Shown: positions 60,097 to 64,000 of the stretch, piece after piece
How the letters are laid out: every line of letters begins with the position of its first letter
How positions within the stretch are numbered: the first letter of the stretch is position 1
DNA from: Octopus sinensis
Taxonomy: Eukaryota
DNA length: 64,000 nt
Assembly: GCF_006345805.1 (NCBI RefSeq)
Contig: NC_043012.1
Location: 44,764,001-44,828,000 of the forward strand
Direction of reading: 5' to 3'
Program-made: the position numbers and the translations under genes
The notes under the pieces: model-generated
Told to the model about the DNA's origin: nothing
The model's database searches: none
What the model saw: only the letters and a program-made list of their open reading frames with translations

Positions 60097-60727
60097 AAGG
60101 AAGTGAGACATAGAAAGTAAGTGAAGGGGTGTGTTGTCATGTATACGTACAAACATCAATACATATGCGTATATCTTTATTGTATGTACGTGTGCATGTG
60201 TGTGCGCGTGAGAGAGAGAGAGTGAGAGAGAGTGAGTGAACTCGTGTGTTCTCATGTATGTGTAAGTGGTACTCTCTCTCTCACTCATGTCATATACACG
60301 TTCATACATCTTTCATTTTCTTTCGGTTTAAAACAAAAGTAAATAAATAAAAAAATTACGGAAATTAACGAACAAAACCAATTGATCTGGATGACAGTTC
60401 TGAGAGTCAAAGCGACAGTTCGTCCCAAGGGAATACCATTGCAAAAGTCTTTCGAGTGCATTCAACGTATTTCAGCTCCAAAGGTGTGGCTAATATTTCT
60501 AGTACGCTCTGCTACCACATAACAGCTATTTTAAATAAAGGACTTGAAACACCTATTACGTGGTAGAATGACGTGCAAAAAATAGCAGCCAAATCTTTTT
60601 TTTTCTGGAGAAAGGAGCCGTTTACGCATGATTTCGATTCACATTCGTTAAAAGTATGCGAAATAACCTGGAAATTAAATTTAATTATTTTTTACAGTCA
60701 CAAGGCTACACACTACGTGGCAGAGTA

Positions 60728-60903
60728 TTCGAGGGGTGCTGAAAAGGTCCTGGCTTTGGGTAAAAAAATTTACAGGAGGATCTGTTAATAATGATTTTAT
60801 TCAACATATTCCCTCTCAGATTCACACACTTATTCCAGTGGTTCTTCAGGTTTTCAAAGCCTTGTAAAAGAACTTGGAAGGTTGGGCCTCCATCCCGGCC
60901 TTT
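60728..60903 (-). mobile_element. mariner-family terminal fragment
   Basis: CGAGGGGTGCTGAAAAGGTCCTGGCTT TIR-like end. The minus strand gives WMEAQPSKFFYKAL, which resembles a transposase C-terminus. Confidence 0.55.
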
Positions 60904-60924
60904 CTCGGTACTCTCTTGTAATCA

Positions 60925-61060
60925 ACTACATCGATCTCAGTACTGGATTGGTATTTACTTTATCGACCACAGAATGAGGAAAAGCAAAAACCTGCTGCAG
61001 TATGATTTGAAATCAGAGCGAAGGGATGTAGCTAAATACTGGCATTATAACTGCGATACT
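60925..61060 (-). mobile_element. Degenerate SINE family B
   Basis: CATCGATCTCAGTACTGG..TTTATCGACCACAGAATGA matches the reverse complement of the family core. Confidence 0.5.
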
Positions 61061-61578
61061 ACTGACTTTGTGAATCCATAAACTTCCTTAGTTGGCAGAA
61101 CCGGAATAAATGTATCCTTGCTTTTTTTTTCTACCGCTATATATTTCATACACACGTATTTCTATTCTTGTGAGCATGCGCATTAGTGATACAGAAGTCA
61201 GTTAACTTTCAAACATTTGTTTCTGGAGTAATATCGTTCAGTTGCTCTCCAAGAACAATTCACTATCTATCAGTCTACTTCAGTCAATTTGAGCTGCTGG
61301 GAGTAGCTGTTTTTATTCTTCCTTTAACCCGCTGGCTTAATCAATATACATTTTGCTTTGTTCACTTCTTTCTCCGCATATGTCGACATGAATTCAATTC
61401 GCTCTAGGTAACAAATATCTCTCGGTCTAGCTTCACTATATTGTTATTGTATTAATTAGTCTAAGGCAACGTTTGTCAGTCCACTTAAACTCATAATAAT
61501 ACAAATCATGTTATGGAACTGACCAAATCTGTTCTGCTTCATAATACTCCATTGAGATAGAAATTGTAATAAGAATAT

Positions 61579-61634
<56 letters not shown>

Positions 61635-61871
61635 ACACACACACATATATATATGCATACATATATATATATATAAATATATGTATACATACATACATAC
61701 ATATAAATATATCTATACACACACCACACACACACACACACACATATATATACATGCATATACATATATGTGTGTATGTGTATATATATATATCCATACG
61801 TATCGGGAAGAGAAAACGTGATAGAGAAAGAGAGAGAAAGGGAAAAAGAAGTGAAAGAAAGAGAAAACAAG

Positions 61872-61902
<31 letters not shown>

Positions 61903-62590
61903 GAAGAGAACGGCTTCAGCTTACTGATTCTCTAGAAGCTGTACTAATGTTATATTCTTTGGAATGGTTTTTATCGCAAATCCACTCATAAAAAGGTAAG
62001 AAAGGCCATTGATCGGTAATGGAGTAAAAGAAAAAGGAGAAGTCAGGATGCAAAGTCCAACTACTTAGTTAACTTATGGTTAAAGCAAAACAAACCATAG
62101 CAGCCCTGACATATGAAGGTAAAATGCGTGTAACGAAATTCATATTGACTTTTCGGTGTACATGGAGAATATATTGAAAAGACGTGTGATGGAGATGTGG
62201 TCCAGATAGTAGTTATTCTTAGATAGAAATAACAATGAAGCAGAGACGCGGTGATTTTCCTTAGGGAAATGACAAACAATAGAAGAAAAGACTGATGAAA
62301 TGCAATAGAGGTCTTTTTGAATGATAAATATACTTTGAAAATGTGGATAGATTTGGTGAAAACGTTAACCTATTCAGTCTTTTAGAAATACATGACTGTC
62401 AACAAATACTGTTTATGACATGGTATAAAGTAAAAAGTATGAATCTGGTTATTGAATTAATCCTAACTTGTAACGAAGAAAGTGTTTCAAATATAAAGAT
62501 CTTTTAGAATTTATATTATATTTTAATTGATAATTTGTTACAATGTATTACAATATTATAATCTATCTATCTATCTATCTATCTATCTAA

Positions 62591-62716
<126 letters not shown>

Positions 62717-62938
62717 GCCTGTCTGTCTGTCTAGTTGAAAAGGGGTTAGGAATCTATACAAGCCAAAGTATATAGGTAAAAAGTAAAAGTGGAAACAGTA
62801 TGGAAGTATGTTTAAAGATTGCTTTATTTTCCCCCTTTAACTGGACAGAATAAGTACTTTATATTTATTACATTAAGTGACTTTTATAAAATATTAGCAG
62901 AGACTCCGGGCATTGCTCCGGATTAAAATGGTGTAGTT

Positions 62939-63009
<71 letters not shown>

Positions 63010-64000
63010 CAGTTATGTTGAAACATGTGATACGGGAACGTGCAACATTGACGACAAAGTATTGTGGTTAGAATTAAAGTAAAAGTATAGAAGTGAAACA
63101 TATAGTGTGTTTAATAACGTACCTAACACGGAAAGATACACACACTGTGAGACATATACACTCTCATACACTCACGCACACATATACAACATGTGATATC
63201 GTCGTCGTCGTGGTTAGAATTACAAGTAAAAGTATATAAGTGAAACAATATATCCCATTACAATATAGATGTTATTATTTCACTTTTATTACAATATAGA
63301 TGTTATTGTTTCACTTTTATTCTTTGAGTTTTTACACGTAATACGGAACCAGTGCTAATATTGCACTATGTTGATCCAAAAAAATCACAGAGTCTCATAG
63401 TATTACCATGTAAAATTTGAGCCGTTTGAGAATGCATTGGGAGCAGACAGAGACAGACAAAGGATTTTATTTATATATAGATTACCAGTTTCGATGTGTA
63501 TGTCCATCTTACCAAATAATTAAAATTCTAAGCTAAGGATTAGGAAATTAAAAACAAACAAACTAGGAAATGAGAAAAAATTGGAAATTAAAACAGTTTG
63601 TTTTCATCGCCTGTGCGTAGTTAAGAGCATATAACGGGAGTGGGGTGGTGGCATATGTATAGTGGATCGTTTGGTAATGAATCTTATTAGTTTCAGAACA
63701 CCATTCATTATCCCTAAAAATCGTTACCACATCAATTAAAATATATGCATTTTGGGATACTACGTTCCAAACTCCGAATGAATACGGAACGTCTACATGC
63801 AAACTACCCCTTTAAGAAATGATAGAACACAAATTAATAAAAATCACTGCCTATAATAAAAACTAGTAATTATTTTGACAATGAGGTAATAAACTATAAA
63901 GATGAATGTACGGAAAGTGAAAGTGGAATAAAGTCGAAGAATCCAGCGATTACTTTAGATCTCTCGTGCGAAGATAAGCTGACGAATATTATAATGAAGA

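Noticed and set aside
63040-63325. Short direct duplications near the window end
   Set aside because: They are small local tandem duplications in AT-rich DNA with no element structure.

Overview
AT-rich eukaryotic (animal) genomic DNA, non-coding for the most part. It is saturated with microsatellites, tRNA-derived SINEs and decayed transposons. The SINE set and microsatellite load point to a coleoid cephalopod, probably Octopus; this is inferred from recalled repeat motifs, not from a search. No complete protein-coding gene is visible, and most listed ORFs are microsatellite artefacts. Supported elements are: a Penelope-like element with inverted pLTRs; three R4/Dong-type LINE pieces in (TAA)n tracts; three L1/Tx1-type pieces; CR1/L2 and RTE fragments; mariner, Tc1, maT and hAT remnants; MITEs; and about 20 SINE copies. 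The most interesting signals are: (1) a fully paired type I hammerhead ribozyme at 13464-13529, next to a (TA)n-associated terminal motif that recurs four times; (2) two minimal hammerheads and a tRNA-Ser-like head in the Penelope pLTRs; (3) a local inverted templated insertion and a 30-nt L1/non-autonomous-element identity at 8.6-9.9 kb; (4) an L1 whose ORF2 has collapsed in frame to its first and last codons; (5) possible decayed LRR/GRL101-like receptor remnants; and (6) a few candidate small exons of an unidentified host gene.
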